DNA of 64,000 nt, taken from NCBI GenBank assembly GCA_964368455.1, contig CAYJAZ010000009.1:14941-78940 (forward strand), written 5' to 3'. The DNA is from an uncultured Desulfovibrionaceae bacterium (GTDB lineage Bacteria > Desulfobacterota > Desulfovibrionia > Desulfovibrionales > Desulfovibrionaceae). A model generated the notes under the pieces. That model saw nothing but the letters and a program-made list of their open reading frames with translations. It made no database searches and was not told the DNA's origin. Below, piece after piece: positions 1 to 11,136 of the stretch; position 1 is the stretch's first letter, and each line of letters begins with the position of its first letter. The translations under genes were made by a program, and so were the position numbers.

Positions 1-1614
1 GCTCTTGTTATGATTGAACATGTAGTGCAAAAAGAAGGCGAAAATGGTATCTATATTGAAAATCCTGTTTTCCCTTACCAACACATACGCAGAATTGGCG
101 AAGATATAGTTGCTACTGAATTGCTTTTTGCACAAAACACACAGATTAAAGCATGGGATATAGGTGCATTACTCTCCGCTGGAATTTGGGATATTGAAGT
201 TTATAAAAAATTTAACGTCTGCATTATTCCAAGTGGCGATGAAATTCTTGATTTTATGGACAAACCAAATCCAAAAGCTGGCGAAGTTATTGAATCTAAT
301 TCACAATTAATTTCTGCTCTTTTAGAAGAAATAGGCTGTGAAGTGACAAGAATCAAGCCGGTCAAAGACGATATGGATTCTTTAAAAAATGCCCTTGAAA
401 ATGCTTTGAAAGAAAATTATGATTGCGTTATTTTCTGTGCTGGCTCTTCTGCTGGTTCAAAAGATTACACAAAGAGCGTGATTGAAAGCATGGGAACAGT
501 GCTTGTGCATGGCATTGCCGCAATGCCTGGTAAGCCCTCATTACTTGGAAAATGCAAAGAAAAACTTGTAGTTGGTGCTCCTGGCTATCCTGTTTCAACT
601 CTTGTTTGCATAGAAGAATTAGTTATTCCTCTTATTTCATGGCTTATGCATAAACAAAAACCTTTAAGGCAAGATATTGAAGTTGAACTCACAAGAAATA
701 CTGTTTCAAAACTTGGAACGCAAGAATTTGTTCGCCTTGCTGTGGGTAGGGTTGAAAACAGACTTGTAGCAACGCCTTTATCAAGAGGTGCTGGAAATAT
801 CACTACTGTTTGTCGCTCCCAAGCCTATACAAGCATTCCTCTGCATGTTGAAGGAGTTAAGGCTGGACAAAAAATGCAAGCAAAATTGATAGCAGATCCA
901 AATTTATTAGAAAAAACAATTGTTTGCGTTGGCAGCCATGATAATGTTTTAGACTTATTACACGATGAATTAATGAAAGATGGCTATAGCTTCACTTCTT
1001 CGCATGTGGGAAGTAGTGGCGGTATAACAGCATTAAAAAACAAAGCCTGTCATATTGCGGGCATGCATTTATTTGATCCACAAACAAAGACTTTTAACCT
1101 TCCTTTTTTAAATTCTATGTTGCCAGATTCTGAACTTGTTGTCATTAATCTTGTTATGCGACATCAGGGACTTATAGTGGCAAAATCTAATCCATTAAAA
1201 ATTAAATCTCTTGAAGACTTAAAAAGAGTTCGTTTTGTCAATAGACAAAAGGGCTCTGGCACACGTATTCTCTTTGATCATAAATTAAATGAAGCCAATA
1301 TCAATCCAGATGAAATAAATGGTTATGGCAAAGAAGAATTTACGCATATGGCTGTTGCGGCAAATGTTCTCACAAATACTGTTGACTGTGGCATGGGCAT
1401 ACAAGCCGCGGCAAAGGCATTAGATCTTGATTTTATCCCGCTTGCAGCTGAAAGATACGACTTAGTTATACCAAAAAATTATCTTGAGGATGCAAGAGTG
1501 CAAAAAGTTATTGAAATTATAAACAAGCCAAGTTTTATCCAAAAAATAGAAGAACTTGGCGGATATCAAACAACTTATACAGGTAAAATAATGGCAGAAA
1601 AGTCAAAAATATAG
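1..1614 (+). CDS. moeA: MoeA-type molybdopterin molybdenumtransferase fused to a C-terminal periplasmic-binding-protein-like domain; 5' end lies outside the window
   Basis: Frame 1 is open from nt 1 (ALV-MIEH...), so the CDS is partial. MoeA core strings: PSGDEI, CAGSSAGSKDY, GIAAMPGKP, GAPGYPVS. From about aa 300 a PBP-like module follows (VGSHDNVLD, SSHVGSSGG, NRQKGSGTR). Confidence 0.75.
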   Translation, partial: ALVMIEHVVQKEGENGIYIENPVFPYQHIRRIGEDIVATELLFAQNTQIKAWDIGALLSAGIWDIEVYKKFNVCIIPSGDEILDFMDKPNPKAGEVIESNSQLISALLEEIGCEVTRIKPVKDDMDSLKNALENALKENYDCVIFCAGSSAGSKDYTKSVIESMGTVLVHGIAAMPGKPSLLGKCKEKLVVGAPGYPVSTLVCIEELVIPLISWLMHKQKPLRQDIEVELTRNTVSKLGTQEFVRLAVGRVENRLVATPLSRGAGNITTVCRSQAYTSIPLHVEGVKAGQKMQAKLIADPNLLEKTIVCVGSHDNVLDLLHDELMKDGYSFTSSHVGSSGGITALKNKACHIAGMHLFDPQTKTFNLPFLNSMLPDSELVVINLVMRHQGLIVAKSNPLKIKSLEDLKRVRFVNRQKGSGTRILFDHKLNEANINPDEINGYGKEEFTHMAVAANVLTNTVDCGMGIQAAAKALDLDFIPLAAERYDLVIPKNYLEDARVQKVIEIINKPSFIQKIEELGGYQTTYTGKIMAEKSKI

Positions 1615-1696
1615 TTCATTATTTTCTATAAAAAGACATAAAAAAACTATTCCTTTCATTAGAGAGGAATAGTTTAAATTTTTTAGCTATTTGATT

Positions 1697-1915
1697 TTAC
1701 TTCATACGATAAGTAATACGTCCACGAGTAAGATCATAAGGCGATAATTCCACCTTCACTTTATCACCCGGCAAAATTCTGATATAGAATTTACGCATTT
1801 TCCCTGAAATATGAGCAAGCACATTGTGGCCATTTTCTAGTTCTACACGAAACATCGCATTAGGTAAGGCTTCTTGTACAGTTCCATCAATTTCAATTGC
1901 ATCTTCTTTTGCCAT
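1697..1915 (-). CDS. infA: Translation initiation factor IF-1
   Basis: 72 aa, [62 protein letters not shown], the canonical IF-1 S1-fold sequence. Confidence 0.95.
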   Translation of the reverse strand: MAKEDAIEIDGTVQEALPNAMFRVELENGHNVLAHISGKMRKFYIRILPGDKVKVELSPYDLTRGRITYRMK

Positions 1916-2218
1916 AATTATAGTATCCCTTCTTGCAATCTATTAAATAAACTGCTTTGTATGTGACATAATTTTTTTCACTTTTCCACAAAGCAAGCTC
2001 TATGTCAATAAAAATCTTCTCTCCTAAAGCCTTAAGCCAAGCAAACTCTCTAACTATCTACAATTACAGGCTAAAGAAAAACATCACAAAATAAAAAATA
2101 AAAATTTAATATTTTTTTTAAATTCTGCTTCCAAATCCTTGAAAAAAGTTTATTTTTTTTATAAACTTTGCCTACAAAATAAACAATATTCACATTAATA
2201 AAATTCAGGATGTGTTTA

Positions 2219-2346
2219 TAAATTCAAAAATTTTGTGAATTTTACAATGAAAATAGATTTTTTGTGGAATGGAGTGTATAAAAATAATACATGACTGAAA
2301 CAAAAAAGACACTTTTCAGCAGTAAAAACGCAAAAGAATGAATTTA
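2219..2346 (+). repeat. Copy 1 of a ~125-bp leader-like repeat (second copy 61467..61591, same orientation)
   Basis: My hand alignment gives roughly 80% identity. Shared core ggaatggagtgtataaaa(a)taatacATGa...caaaagaATGAattt. Contains a 16-codon uORF (2291..2341) whose TGA overlaps the ATG at 2338. Confidence 0.85.
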
Positions 2347-5300
2347 GAAGAACATCCTAATCAAAAGAAGACCAAAGTGGCTGAAATAAAAATCACAAAA
2401 AAACATATAATTTTCCTTTCTTTATGGGGTGTACTTGCTACTCTCATTCTCTACGTCTATCTCACTTTTTTACAACCTACTAAATTTACACCATTTATTC
2501 AAAAAAACGTACAAGAATACATTCCAGAACTTTCCTTTAATCACGTAGATTTCACTCTTTTCCCACGTTTAGGCGTTGAATTTACAGGCATACAATATAA
2601 AAATGAATTCAATGACTATAGTTTAGACATTGAAGCCACTGCTTTATTGGCTCAAATGTCTTGGATTTCATTATTTAAAGGCGATTTTGACATTGCTCTT
2701 GCTTCCTTTGTTCAGCCATCAATTTCGCTTGAACACAAAACAAATCAAGAACAAGGTGTAGAAGACACGCAAGTTTCTAAAAATGTCTTACCACTTTCAG
2801 CTTCAAAATTGCATGCTCTTGTGCCTACTCATCTACAAAGAACAAGATTTGAAGTTCTTGATGGCGAATTTTATTTCATTCCTTTACAAACAAATAAAGA
2901 ATATATAGATACTTATTATCTTAATGCGATAAATCTCAATCTTGATGCTTTTAAAAATTTCGACTTAGCTATCAAAGAATTTAAACTTGTACAAACCTCA
3001 AGTCCTGATAATATTGCACAAAATCATTCTTTTTCAAATCTTGCATTAAGTTTGAAAGATATAGTTCTTACACAAGAAGATCTTACTGCAATGCTCAATT
3101 TAAAAAGTGATATTTCATTTTTTGATGCAAAAGTCGTATCAAATGTCGAAAGTAAGGGAAAGATTGCTCTCAACCAAGATTTTAGCTTCAAACCTTTAGA
3201 ACAAAAATTAACTTTTCTTTCAACATTTAACGTAAAAAACCAGCAAATTCCTTCTAAAGCAGACTTTATCTTACAATACATAGACAAGAACACTTTAACT
3301 ATTAAAGACGCAAATATTAATATTGAAGAAAATAAAGTCTTCCTTTCAGCGGAGCTCACAAATCTACTTTCTGATCCAAAAGCGCATATACAAGCAACTT
3401 TCAAAGATCTTTCCATACCAAGATGGTTGAGCTATACAAGACAAGTTCCTAATTCTCTCATGAGCGAATTGAATAAGGTGGAGGGTTCTTTTTCTGCGAC
3501 ATTAGACAAAAATGCCCTTATTACAAACGATCTTAGAGCAAGCACAAACAATAAGCATATTGTCGAAGCAAAGGTAGATTATAATTTTTCTGACGGCCAT
3601 AAACTTCTTGTAGATGCCTATATTCCAAAACTTAATGTCAATCTACTCTTCCCTGTTTTAGAACACAAAACACTTCCTCTTGTAAGCTATGCCAACGAAA
3701 CTCTTGACTCTCTTCTGCATTCAAATAATCCAGACAAAGAAGTCAAATTTGACTATAATATTAAAGTAAATGCCAATGATGTCACTTTTTGGAAATATAA
3801 TTTTAGAAATATAAATCTTTCTGTAATTCCACATGAAAAAGGCGTGCAAATACCTGTAGAAATAACACATTTCTTTGATGGCTCTCTCACGTCAAAACTC
3901 ATTATTCACGATACTATTGACATAGACACAAATATTGTTGACACCAATGTAGAAGAATTATTTAAAAATATCACAAAGAACAGCCCTTTAGCCGGTATGT
4001 TCAATTCTCGTATAAAGATAAGCTTACAGCCTCAAAGCGAACTTGAAAAAATGTTTTCAAAGCCTGCATTAGACATTGAAGCAAGTTTGACTAATGGAGC
4101 TTTCAATCCTTATGATAATGCTTTTAATTTCAAAAAATTTGCTGCACATTCAAAGGTTTCTGAAATTCGATTCCCTGCTAACATTTCAGATATATACGGT
4201 TTTTTTGGCGAACATTCACTTGAACTATTAAAAGACGAACATGCTTTAAAAGTTCATATCCCAAAAACAGACTTGCTTTATAATATGCATACCGGTTTGC
4301 CTGATAGCATCTCTTCAAGCTATGCCTTAGTTGAATACGAAAATAGTTTCCCTTTACATTTTCTTACAAATGGTATGTTGAGATTTGACTTTCCTAATCA
4401 GCACATTGTTTATGATGATATAAAGGCTAGCCTTTATAACGAAAAAATCACAGCTTCAATTGACTTCACTTCCTTTACAAATCCAAATATCAAGGGTGCA
4501 GCTTCTTTCTATGCTAAAGACTTAAAAGGCTTTTTGAAGAAATATAAAATAGATCTGCCAAAATTAAGAGACGAAACTGCTCTTTCTCAAGCTGGCTTAA
4601 ATTCTACCTTTACCTATGCTGATAATCTTCTAAAACTCTCTAATCTTTCAGCAGAACTTGATAATTATTCTTTTACAGGCAGTCTAGAATACGATTTCAC
4701 AAATACAAAGCAAAGTGTTTTTGCCCTTTCTTCGCCTTTCTTTAATGCCGATCGTTATTTAGATTTTGCTAAAAAATCTAACAGTACGCCTTTTTCTTCT
4801 GACGCTCTTTTACCAATAGACTTTATTTCAAGTATAAACACTGTTGGTTCTCTTTCTTTTGACGAACTTTGGATTGTGCGAACACCTTTTTATAATGCTA
4901 ATATCCCAATGTCTTTCAACAAAGGCACTATTTCACTTACCCCAACTGCCCTTTTCCCTACTTCTGGAAGCATAGCAACAAATCTGAATATACAAACAAC
5001 AGCACATTCTTTAGACTATGCCCTTCAAGCAAAAGCAAAAGATATTGATATGCTTGCAATAACACAAGCACAAGGATTAGAAACTCTACTTGCAGGCACA
5101 GGCACTTTTAGCCTTAATGCAAAGGGAACTGCAACAAAAGAATCTGACATTTTTGAAAATATGCAAGGCGATTTTTCTTCATGGATAGAGCATGGTTTCT
5201 TTATCAATAGTACAAAATCTGTAAAAGCAACATCTTATAAAGATCCACCTGTGAAAAGTCCTTATGTTCCTAAAAATCTCAAAACCTCTTTTTCCTTATT

Positions 5301-5604
5301 TTCAGCCTCAGGCCCTATCAAAAATGGAGTTCTGAAAATGGGCAATATAAACATGACAGGAAAACCAATTGGATTTGTAGGACAAAGTACAATCGATTTA
5401 CCTAAATGGACTATCTCTCTTGCGGCTTTAGCTAGCTATCAAAATGCCGCAAAGATTCCTATTTCTATAAATGGTTCACTTTCTGATCCTGAATTATCAG
5501 TAAAAATATTTGGTTCATTAACCCAAACATTCACAAAGCTCACAAATTCTCTTGTGAATACAATTACCGACATTATACAAAAACCACTAGATCTATTAAA
5601 ATAA
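2338..5604 (+). CDS. Large AsmA/TamB-like envelope protein (putative)
   Basis: 1088-aa ORF with one N-terminal TM helix (IIFLSLWGVLATLILYVYLTFL) followed by a long Asn/Ser/Thr-rich beta-type region. Size and topology fit the AsmA family, but there is no motif-level proof. No clear SD before the ATG at 2338. Confidence 0.4.
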   Translation: MNLEEHPNQKKTKVAEIKITKKHIIFLSLWGVLATLILYVYLTFLQPTKFTPFIQKNVQEYIPELSFNHVDFTLFPRLGVEFTGIQYKNEFNDYSLDIEATALLAQMSWISLFKGDFDIALASFVQPSISLEHKTNQEQGVEDTQVSKNVLPLSASKLHALVPTHLQRTRFEVLDGEFYFIPLQTNKEYIDTYYLNAINLNLDAFKNFDLAIKEFKLVQTSSPDNIAQNHSFSNLALSLKDIVLTQEDLTAMLNLKSDISFFDAKVVSNVESKGKIALNQDFSFKPLEQKLTFLSTFNVKNQQIPSKADFILQYIDKNTLTIKDANINIEENKVFLSAELTNLLSDPKAHIQATFKDLSIPRWLSYTRQVPNSLMSELNKVEGSFSATLDKNALITNDLRASTNNKHIVEAKVDYNFSDGHKLLVDAYIPKLNVNLLFPVLEHKTLPLVSYANETLDSLLHSNNPDKEVKFDYNIKVNANDVTFWKYNFRNINLSVIPHEKGVQIPVEITHFFDGSLTSKLIIHDTIDIDTNIVDTNVEELFKNITKNSPLAGMFNSRIKISLQPQSELEKMFSKPALDIEASLTNGAFNPYDNAFNFKKFAAHSKVSEIRFPANISDIYGFFGEHSLELLKDEHALKVHIPKTDLLYNMHTGLPDSISSSYALVEYENSFPLHFLTNGMLRFDFPNQHIVYDDIKASLYNEKITASIDFTSFTNPNIKGAASFYAKDLKGFLKKYKIDLPKLRDETALSQAGLNSTFTYADNLLKLSNLSAELDNYSFTGSLEYDFTNTKQSVFALSSPFFNADRYLDFAKKSNSTPFSSDALLPIDFISSINTVGSLSFDELWIVRTPFYNANIPMSFNKGTISLTPTALFPTSGSIATNLNIQTTAHSLDYALQAKAKDIDMLAITQAQGLETLLAGTGTFSLNAKGTATKESDIFENMQGDFSSWIEHGFFINSTKSVKATSYKDPPVKSPYVPKNLKTSFSLFSASGPIKNGVLKMGNINMTGKPIGFVGQSTIDLPKWTISLAALASYQNAAKIPISINGSLSDPELSVKIFGSLTQTFTKLTNSLVNTITDIIQKPLDLLK

Positions 5605-5702
5605 AATTCTATATACTAAATCTTCAATATTGACTTTAAGTTGAAATAATTTTATATTTTTTTACTATTTACTTGACACTAAAAGACTTGGAAGGATGTT
5701 TT

Positions 5703-7391
5703 ATGCAAATGACAGGCTGTCAAATTGTTATGGAAAGTCTCAAAAAAGAGAATGTGGACACTATTTTTGGTTATCCAGGTGGAGCTGTGCTCGATCTTTA
5801 CCACGAAATCCCAAACCACCCTGAAATTAACCATATTCTAGTAAGACATGAACAAGGTGCGGCTCACGCAGCCGATGGTTATGCAAGAGCCTCTGGCAAG
5901 GTGGGTGTTTGCCTCGTGACTTCTGGCCCTGGTGCAACAAATACAGTTACGGGTATTGCTACTGCCTACAGCGATTCTATCCCAATGGTAGTCCTTACAG
6001 GCCAAGTTCACACGCATCTTATAGGTAACGATGCTTTCCAAGAAGTTGATATTATTGGAATCACACGTTCATGCACAAAACACAATTATCTTGTTAAAGA
6101 CATTAAAAAACTTGCTTCAACAATTAAGCAAGCTTTTCATCTTGCAAGAACTGGCCGTCCTGGTCCTGTTTTAATCGATTTACCAAAAGACGTACTGAAT
6201 AAAACTTGTAAATTCGACTATCCTGATTCAGTGCAAATGCGTTCTTACAACCCAACTATTAAACCAAATCCACATCAAATCCGTAAGGCTTGTGATCTTT
6301 TGGTTAAAGCAAAATCTCCTGTCATACTTGCAGGCGGTGGTGCAATTATAGCAAATGCTCATGAAGAATTAAGAGAATTAGCAAAATCACAATCAATCCC
6401 AGTAGCTTCTACATTAATGGGCTTAGGTGCTTTTGCTGGCGATGATCCTCTATTCATCGGTATGCTTGGAATGCACGGCACATACGCAGCTAATCACGCA
6501 ATTTCAAATGCAGATCTTATTATTGCTGTTGGTGCTCGTTTTGCTGATCGTATTACTGGTTCTACCTCAACTTTTGCGAAAAAAGCAAAAATTGTTCACA
6601 TTGATATAGATCCAACAAGTATTAGAAAAAATATTGAAGTTGATGTTCCTGTTGTTGGCGATTGTAAAGAAGCTTTGCAAGGCATTTTAGAAATAATGAA
6701 TGCCAAAACAGAAAAAGAATGTGGCGATTATACAAAATGGCGTGAAACTGTTGCCTCTTGGACAAAGGAATATCCTCTTTCTTATAAAAAATGTGATACA
6801 GTTCTCAAGCCTCAAGAAGTTATTGAAGCTGTACAAAAAATCACTGGCGGCAATGCTATCTTCACAACCGAAGTTGGCCAAAACCAAATGTGGGCAGCAC
6901 AATTTCTCACAATAAAAGAACCACGCACCTTCCTCACTTCTGGCGGACTTGGCACAATGGGCTATGGCTTGCCTGCGGCTATTGGTGCTCAACTTGCTCA
7001 TCCTGAAAAGAAAGTCATTGATATTGCTGGCGATGGCTCAATTCAAATGAATATACAAGAACTTATGACTGCTGTTGCTTCTAAACTACCTATTAAGATA
7101 TTGATTTTAAACAATTCATATCTTGGTATGGTGCGTCAATGGCAAGAATTGTTCTATAATAAAAACTATTCTTCCACACCAATGACAGATCAGCCAGATT
7201 TCAAAATGCTTGCTGAAGCTTATGGTGCAGAAGGTTATAGAATTACTAAAGAAAGTGAACTTGTTTCTACTTTAGAAAAAGCACTCAATTCACCAAATAC
7301 GGCTGTTATTGATGTGCATGTATGCAGAGAAGAAAATGTTGCACCTATGGTTCCTGCTGGTGCTGCAATTTCTGATATGATGCTTCTTTAA
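5703..7391 (+). CDS. ilvB: Acetolactate synthase (acetohydroxyacid synthase) large catalytic subunit
   Basis: ThDP-enzyme signatures GYPGGAVLD, TSGPGATN, GGLGTMGYGLPAAIGA, GDGSIQMNIQEL. I chose the ATG at 5703 (SD ggaagga 5691-5697) over the TTG at 5673 in the ORF track. No ilvN-like small subunit follows. Confidence 0.9.
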   Translation: MQMTGCQIVMESLKKENVDTIFGYPGGAVLDLYHEIPNHPEINHILVRHEQGAAHAADGYARASGKVGVCLVTSGPGATNTVTGIATAYSDSIPMVVLTGQVHTHLIGNDAFQEVDIIGITRSCTKHNYLVKDIKKLASTIKQAFHLARTGRPGPVLIDLPKDVLNKTCKFDYPDSVQMRSYNPTIKPNPHQIRKACDLLVKAKSPVILAGGGAIIANAHEELRELAKSQSIPVASTLMGLGAFAGDDPLFIGMLGMHGTYAANHAISNADLIIAVGARFADRITGSTSTFAKKAKIVHIDIDPTSIRKNIEVDVPVVGDCKEALQGILEIMNAKTEKECGDYTKWRETVASWTKEYPLSYKKCDTVLKPQEVIEAVQKITGGNAIFTTEVGQNQMWAAQFLTIKEPRTFLTSGGLGTMGYGLPAAIGAQLAHPEKKVIDIAGDGSIQMNIQELMTAVASKLPIKILILNNSYLGMVRQWQELFYNKNYSSTPMTDQPDFKMLAEAYGAEGYRITKESELVSTLEKALNSPNTAVIDVHVCREENVAPMVPAGAAISDMMLL

Positions 7392-7529
7392 TTAATTCTT
7401 TTCTTTTATATTTTCTTTTATGCAAGCCGTGTTATTGCCTATCAAAAAGATACTATTATATTGATTTAAATATCTTTTAATAGTGTTGAAAAGAATAAAA
7501 GAGAGAAAAAACAAGGAGAAAAAAGAAAC

Positions 7530-7557
7530 TTGACTTTCTTTTTATTCTCTATATAAT
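7530..7557 (+). promoter_or_regulatory. Sigma70-type promoter for rpsT
   Basis: TTGACT (7530-7535), 16-nt spacer, TATAAT (7552-7557), about 80 nt upstream of the rpsT ATG. Confidence 0.5.
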
Positions 7558-7637
7558 GAACCGCTCAAGAAAGGACTAAACAAGTAAACACTTGATTATT
7601 ACTTCAATACATTTCCAACTATTTTTAAGGAGTCAGC

Positions 7638-7901
7638 ATGGCAAACCATAAGTCTGCACTAAAACGTCATAAACAAAGTCTAAAGCGTAACGAACGCAAC
7701 CGTGCAGCTCGCACACGCATCAAAAACGTTGTAAAAGCTGTTAAAGCTGCAATAGTAGCAAAAGATAAAGATGCAGCTGCTGCTGCTCTTGCTAAAGCAA
7801 CTTCAACTCTTGATACTGTAGCAAGCAAAGGCGTTATCCACTGGAAAAAAGCCGCACGTAAAGTTTCAAGATTAACAAAAGCTGTGAACGAAATAGCTTA
7901 A
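7638..7901 (+). CDS. rpsT: 30S ribosomal protein S20
   Basis: 87 aa, [23 protein letters not shown]..., basic Ala/Lys-rich S20 sequence. SD aaggag lies 7 nt upstream. Confidence 0.95.
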   Translation: MANHKSALKRHKQSLKRNERNRAARTRIKNVVKAVKAAIVAKDKDAAAAALAKATSTLDTVASKGVIHWKKAARKVSRLTKAVNEIA

Positions 7902-7925
7902 GTTTATTCTTAAATATTTTTTAAA

Positions 7926-7953
7926 AGCACGAGAATTTTCTCGTGCTTTTTTT
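7926..7953 (+). terminator. Rho-independent terminator of rpsT
   Basis: agcacgaga-attt-tctcgtgct (9-bp stem) followed by a T6 run. Confidence 0.8.
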
Positions 7954-8000
7954 GTAGATTCAAGTCTTTACTTTAATTTTTAAAAGTCTATATTAACACT

Positions 8001-10004
8001 ATGTCATTATTCAATTTAGTATCAGAAAACACACCAAGAGGCGATCAGCCACAAGCCATTGCAAGTTTAGTGGAAAATGTAAAACTTGGTGTAAAGAGTC
8101 AAGTATTACTCGGTGCTACAGGCACGGGTAAAACCTTTACTATGGCAAATGTCATAGCTCAATGCAATAAGCCAAGCCTTATTCTTGCCCACAATAAAAC
8201 GCTTGCTGCCCAGCTCTATGGCGAATTTAAAACACTTTTCCCAGATAATGCTGTCGAATATTTTGTTTCTTATTACGACTATTATCAGCCAGAGGCCTAT
8301 GTCCCCTCTTCAGACACCTATATAGAAAAAGATTCGGCTATAAACGATAATATCGATAAATTACGACATGCTTCAACGCATTCTCTTCTCACAAGAAAAG
8401 ATGTTATTATCATCGCTTCTGTTTCTTGTATCTATGGTCTTGGTTCGCCTGAATATTATGCGAAATTGCTTATTCCTATTGAAGTAGGTGCAAAAATCAG
8501 CATGGATAAGCTCATCACACAAATGATTGAAGTGCAATACGTGCGAAATGACATAGATTTTCATCGTGGAACCTTTAGACTTCGTGGCGATGTGCTTGAA
8601 ATTATTCCTGTTTACGAACATGAAAGAGCTTTACGAGTGGAATTTTTTGGCGATGAAATTGAAGCTATTTCTGAAATCGATCCGCTCACAGGCAATATAC
8701 TTGGCAAGATGAAGAAAACCATTATCTATCCAGCTTCGCACTACGTTTCTGATAGAGACAATCTCGTGCGTGCTATGTCTGATATCAGAGACGAATTACA
8801 AATAACTTTGCAAACTTTTAAAGACGATAATAAACTCATAGAAGCACAACGTATAGAGCAAAGAACTCAACTCGATTTAGAAATGATGCAAGAATTGGGT
8901 TATTGTAATGGAATTGAAAACTATTCTAGACATTTAGACAATAGAAAAGAGGGCGAAGCCCCTGCCACCTTACTTGATTATTTTCCAGATGATTTTCTCA
9001 TCTTTATTGACGAATCTCACCAAACCATTCCGCAAGTAGGAGCTATGTATAAGGGCGATAGAAGCAGAAAAGAGACTTTAGTCAATTATGGTTTTAGACT
9101 AAGATCTGCTCTAGACAATAGACCACTTATGTTTGAAGAATATCTTACAAGAGTTCATCAATCTATCTTTGTTTCTGCAACGCCTGCAAAATGGGAATTA
9201 GATCAAAGTCAAGGCCTTATCATAGAACAAATCATCCGCCCTACTGGCCTTATAGATCCTGTTGTTGAAGTTCGCCCTACTAAAGGACAAATGGAAGATT
9301 TACTCTCTGAATGCAGAAAAAGAGCACAGCTCAATCAAAGAGTGCTTATCACAACACTCACAAAAAGAATGGCAGAAGAATTATCCATTTATTTCAAACA
9401 AATGAATGTCAATTCACGCTATTTACATTCTGATATAGACACTTTAGAACGTGTTGCTATTTTAAAAGCCTTGCGTATGGGTGAATTTGATGTGCTTATA
9501 GGCATTAACTTATTACGTGAAGGACTTGATATTCCTGAAGTTTCTTTAGTTGCCATGCTCGATGCCGACAAAGAAGGTTTCTTGCGTTCAACTTCTTCGC
9601 TCATACAAACCTTTGGTAGAGCTGCGAGAAATGCCGAAGGTAAGGTTATTATGTATGCGGATAAAATGACAAAATCTATGCAAGCAGCTATGGACGAAAC
9701 CACAAGAAGACGTACAAAGCAAATAGATTTCAATACAGAACACAATATAATTCCGCAAACCATTATAAAAGCAATAGACACTTCGCTTGATAATCTTTAC
9801 ACTCCAATTCAAGCCAAAGGAAGATCAAAGAAAAAACAAGAAAGCATTGCTATAGAAGTTCCAAAAAATGCAAAAGAATTAGCACATCTCATAGAAAAAC
9901 TCGAAAAAGAAATGCGTGCCTTTGCAAAAGAATTAGAATTTGAAAAAGCAGCAGAATTAAGAGATAAAATTAATCAATTAAGAGAAATGTTTATCAATGA
10001 ATAA
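8001..10004 (+). CDS. uvrB: Excinuclease ABC subunit B
   Basis: 667 aa with GDQPQAI, Walker [23 protein letters not shown] box, and the C-terminal UVR motif ([12 protein letters not shown]). Confidence 0.97.
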   Translation: MSLFNLVSENTPRGDQPQAIASLVENVKLGVKSQVLLGATGTGKTFTMANVIAQCNKPSLILAHNKTLAAQLYGEFKTLFPDNAVEYFVSYYDYYQPEAYVPSSDTYIEKDSAINDNIDKLRHASTHSLLTRKDVIIIASVSCIYGLGSPEYYAKLLIPIEVGAKISMDKLITQMIEVQYVRNDIDFHRGTFRLRGDVLEIIPVYEHERALRVEFFGDEIEAISEIDPLTGNILGKMKKTIIYPASHYVSDRDNLVRAMSDIRDELQITLQTFKDDNKLIEAQRIEQRTQLDLEMMQELGYCNGIENYSRHLDNRKEGEAPATLLDYFPDDFLIFIDESHQTIPQVGAMYKGDRSRKETLVNYGFRLRSALDNRPLMFEEYLTRVHQSIFVSATPAKWELDQSQGLIIEQIIRPTGLIDPVVEVRPTKGQMEDLLSECRKRAQLNQRVLITTLTKRMAEELSIYFKQMNVNSRYLHSDIDTLERVAILKALRMGEFDVLIGINLLREGLDIPEVSLVAMLDADKEGFLRSTSSLIQTFGRAARNAEGKVIMYADKMTKSMQAAMDETTRRRTKQIDFNTEHNIIPQTIIKAIDTSLDNLYTPIQAKGRSKKKQESIAIEVPKNAKELAHLIEKLEKEMRAFAKELEFEKAAELRDKINQLREMFINE

Positions 10005-11136
10005 AGACAGTAAAAATCAAATAGAAAGCAATTACATACTTTGCGCTGACACAATCAAACAAATGAAGCAATTGCCAGACGAATGCATAGATTTAATCTT
10101 TGCTGACCCTCCTTATTGGATGCGAGTTGAGGGTGCTTTACTTCGAATTGAGGGTAGTTCATACGATGGTTGCGACGATGTCTGGGATAATCAATTTAAA
10201 AGCAACAATGATTACAATGATTTCACAAAAGAATGGCTTCTAGAATGTAAGCGTATACTTAAGAAAAATGGTTCTATTTGGGTTATTGGTTCTATGCAAT
10301 GCATTTATTCTATTGGTGCACTTATGCAAGAGCTTGATTTTTGGTTTATCAATGACGTTATTTGGCAAAAGAAAAATCCTACGCCAAATTTCATGGGCAC
10401 AAGATTGAATAATAGTCATGAAACCTTGATTTGGGCAACAAAATCCAAGAAATCAAAATTCACTTTCAATTATAAAACAGCAAAAGAACTTAATTGTGAC
10501 ACTGTAGAGCAAAATGATTTTGATAAAGGCATACGCAAGCAATTAGGTTCTGTTTGGAAGATAGGCATTTGTCAGGGCAGTGAAAGAATTAAAGATAGTG
10601 ATGGCAATAAATTACACAGCACGCAAAAACCAGAAGAACTTTTATATAGAATTATAAATATTTCTTCAAATCTTAATGATATTGTCTTTGATCCTTTCGG
10701 TGGAACCTTCACTACAGCTACAGTAGCAAAGAAATGCGGAAGAAAATACATTTCTTTTGACAGCAATGAAAAATATGTTGAATACGGGCAAAAAAGAATT
10801 GCCCAAGCTTTAGAAAAAATCACAGACATTGAAAAAGCTCTTTTTGACAAAAAACCAACAAAGGTAAGCTTAGTTCAAATGATTGAAGATAATTATTTTT
10901 TTGAAGAAGAAATCTTCTATCTCAAAAATTCTGAAACAAAGGCAAATCTATTGAAAAATGGAAAAATCCGCCTAAACAATGAAGAAATTGACATACATTC
11001 TGGAGCGGCAAAAGCAAAAAAAGTTTCTGCGGCACGCTTAAATGGTTTTGAATATTGGTTTGTTGAAAGAAATTCTGAATTAATTTCTATCAAAGATATT
11101 AGAGCATTATACAGAAAAGAAAAATTTGGAGAATAA
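9997..11136 (+). CDS. Beta-class DNA amino-methyltransferase, CcrM/M.HinfI-like (probable N6-adenine, GANTC-type specificity inferred)
   Basis: Motif IV FADPPYW precedes [10 protein letters not shown] and motif [11 protein letters not shown]. The C-terminal IDIHSGAAK...NGFEYWF resembles the CcrM-type C-terminal domain. The ATG overlaps the uvrB stop by 8 nt. Confidence 0.85.
   Translation: MNKDSKNQIESNYILCADTIKQMKQLPDECIDLIFADPPYWMRVEGALLRIEGSSYDGCDDVWDNQFKSNNDYNDFTKEWLLECKRILKKNGSIWVIGSMQCIYSIGALMQELDFWFINDVIWQKKNPTPNFMGTRLNNSHETLIWATKSKKSKFTFNYKTAKELNCDTVEQNDFDKGIRKQLGSVWKIGICQGSERIKDSDGNKLHSTQKPEELLYRIINISSNLNDIVFDPFGGTFTTATVAKKCGRKYISFDSNEKYVEYGQKRIAQALEKITDIEKALFDKKPTKVSLVQMIEDNYFFEEEIFYLKNSETKANLLKNGKIRLNNEEIDIHSGAAKAKKVSAARLNGFEYWFVERNSELISIKDIRALYRKEKFGE

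Noticed and set aside
5673-5702. Upstream TTG/GTG starts proposed by the ORF track for ilvB (5673) and likewise for dctP (12711), the GT2 fusion (19607), the B12-rSAM (21760), pseC (31254), pseF (33601), pseI (38749), DegT (46307), hsp20 (50528) and rlmN (54482).
   Set aside because: In each case a downstream in-frame ATG has a better SD, follows the stop codon of the upstream gene, or restores a canonical N-terminus or signal peptide. For dctP, the extension would run through a terminator hairpin.
7392-7637. The ilvN small subunit missing after ilvB, considered as a deletion or pseudogene scar.
   Set aside because: The 246-bp gap has no ORF remnant I can recognise and contains the rpsT promoter. 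ilvN (ilvH) may simply be encoded elsewhere.
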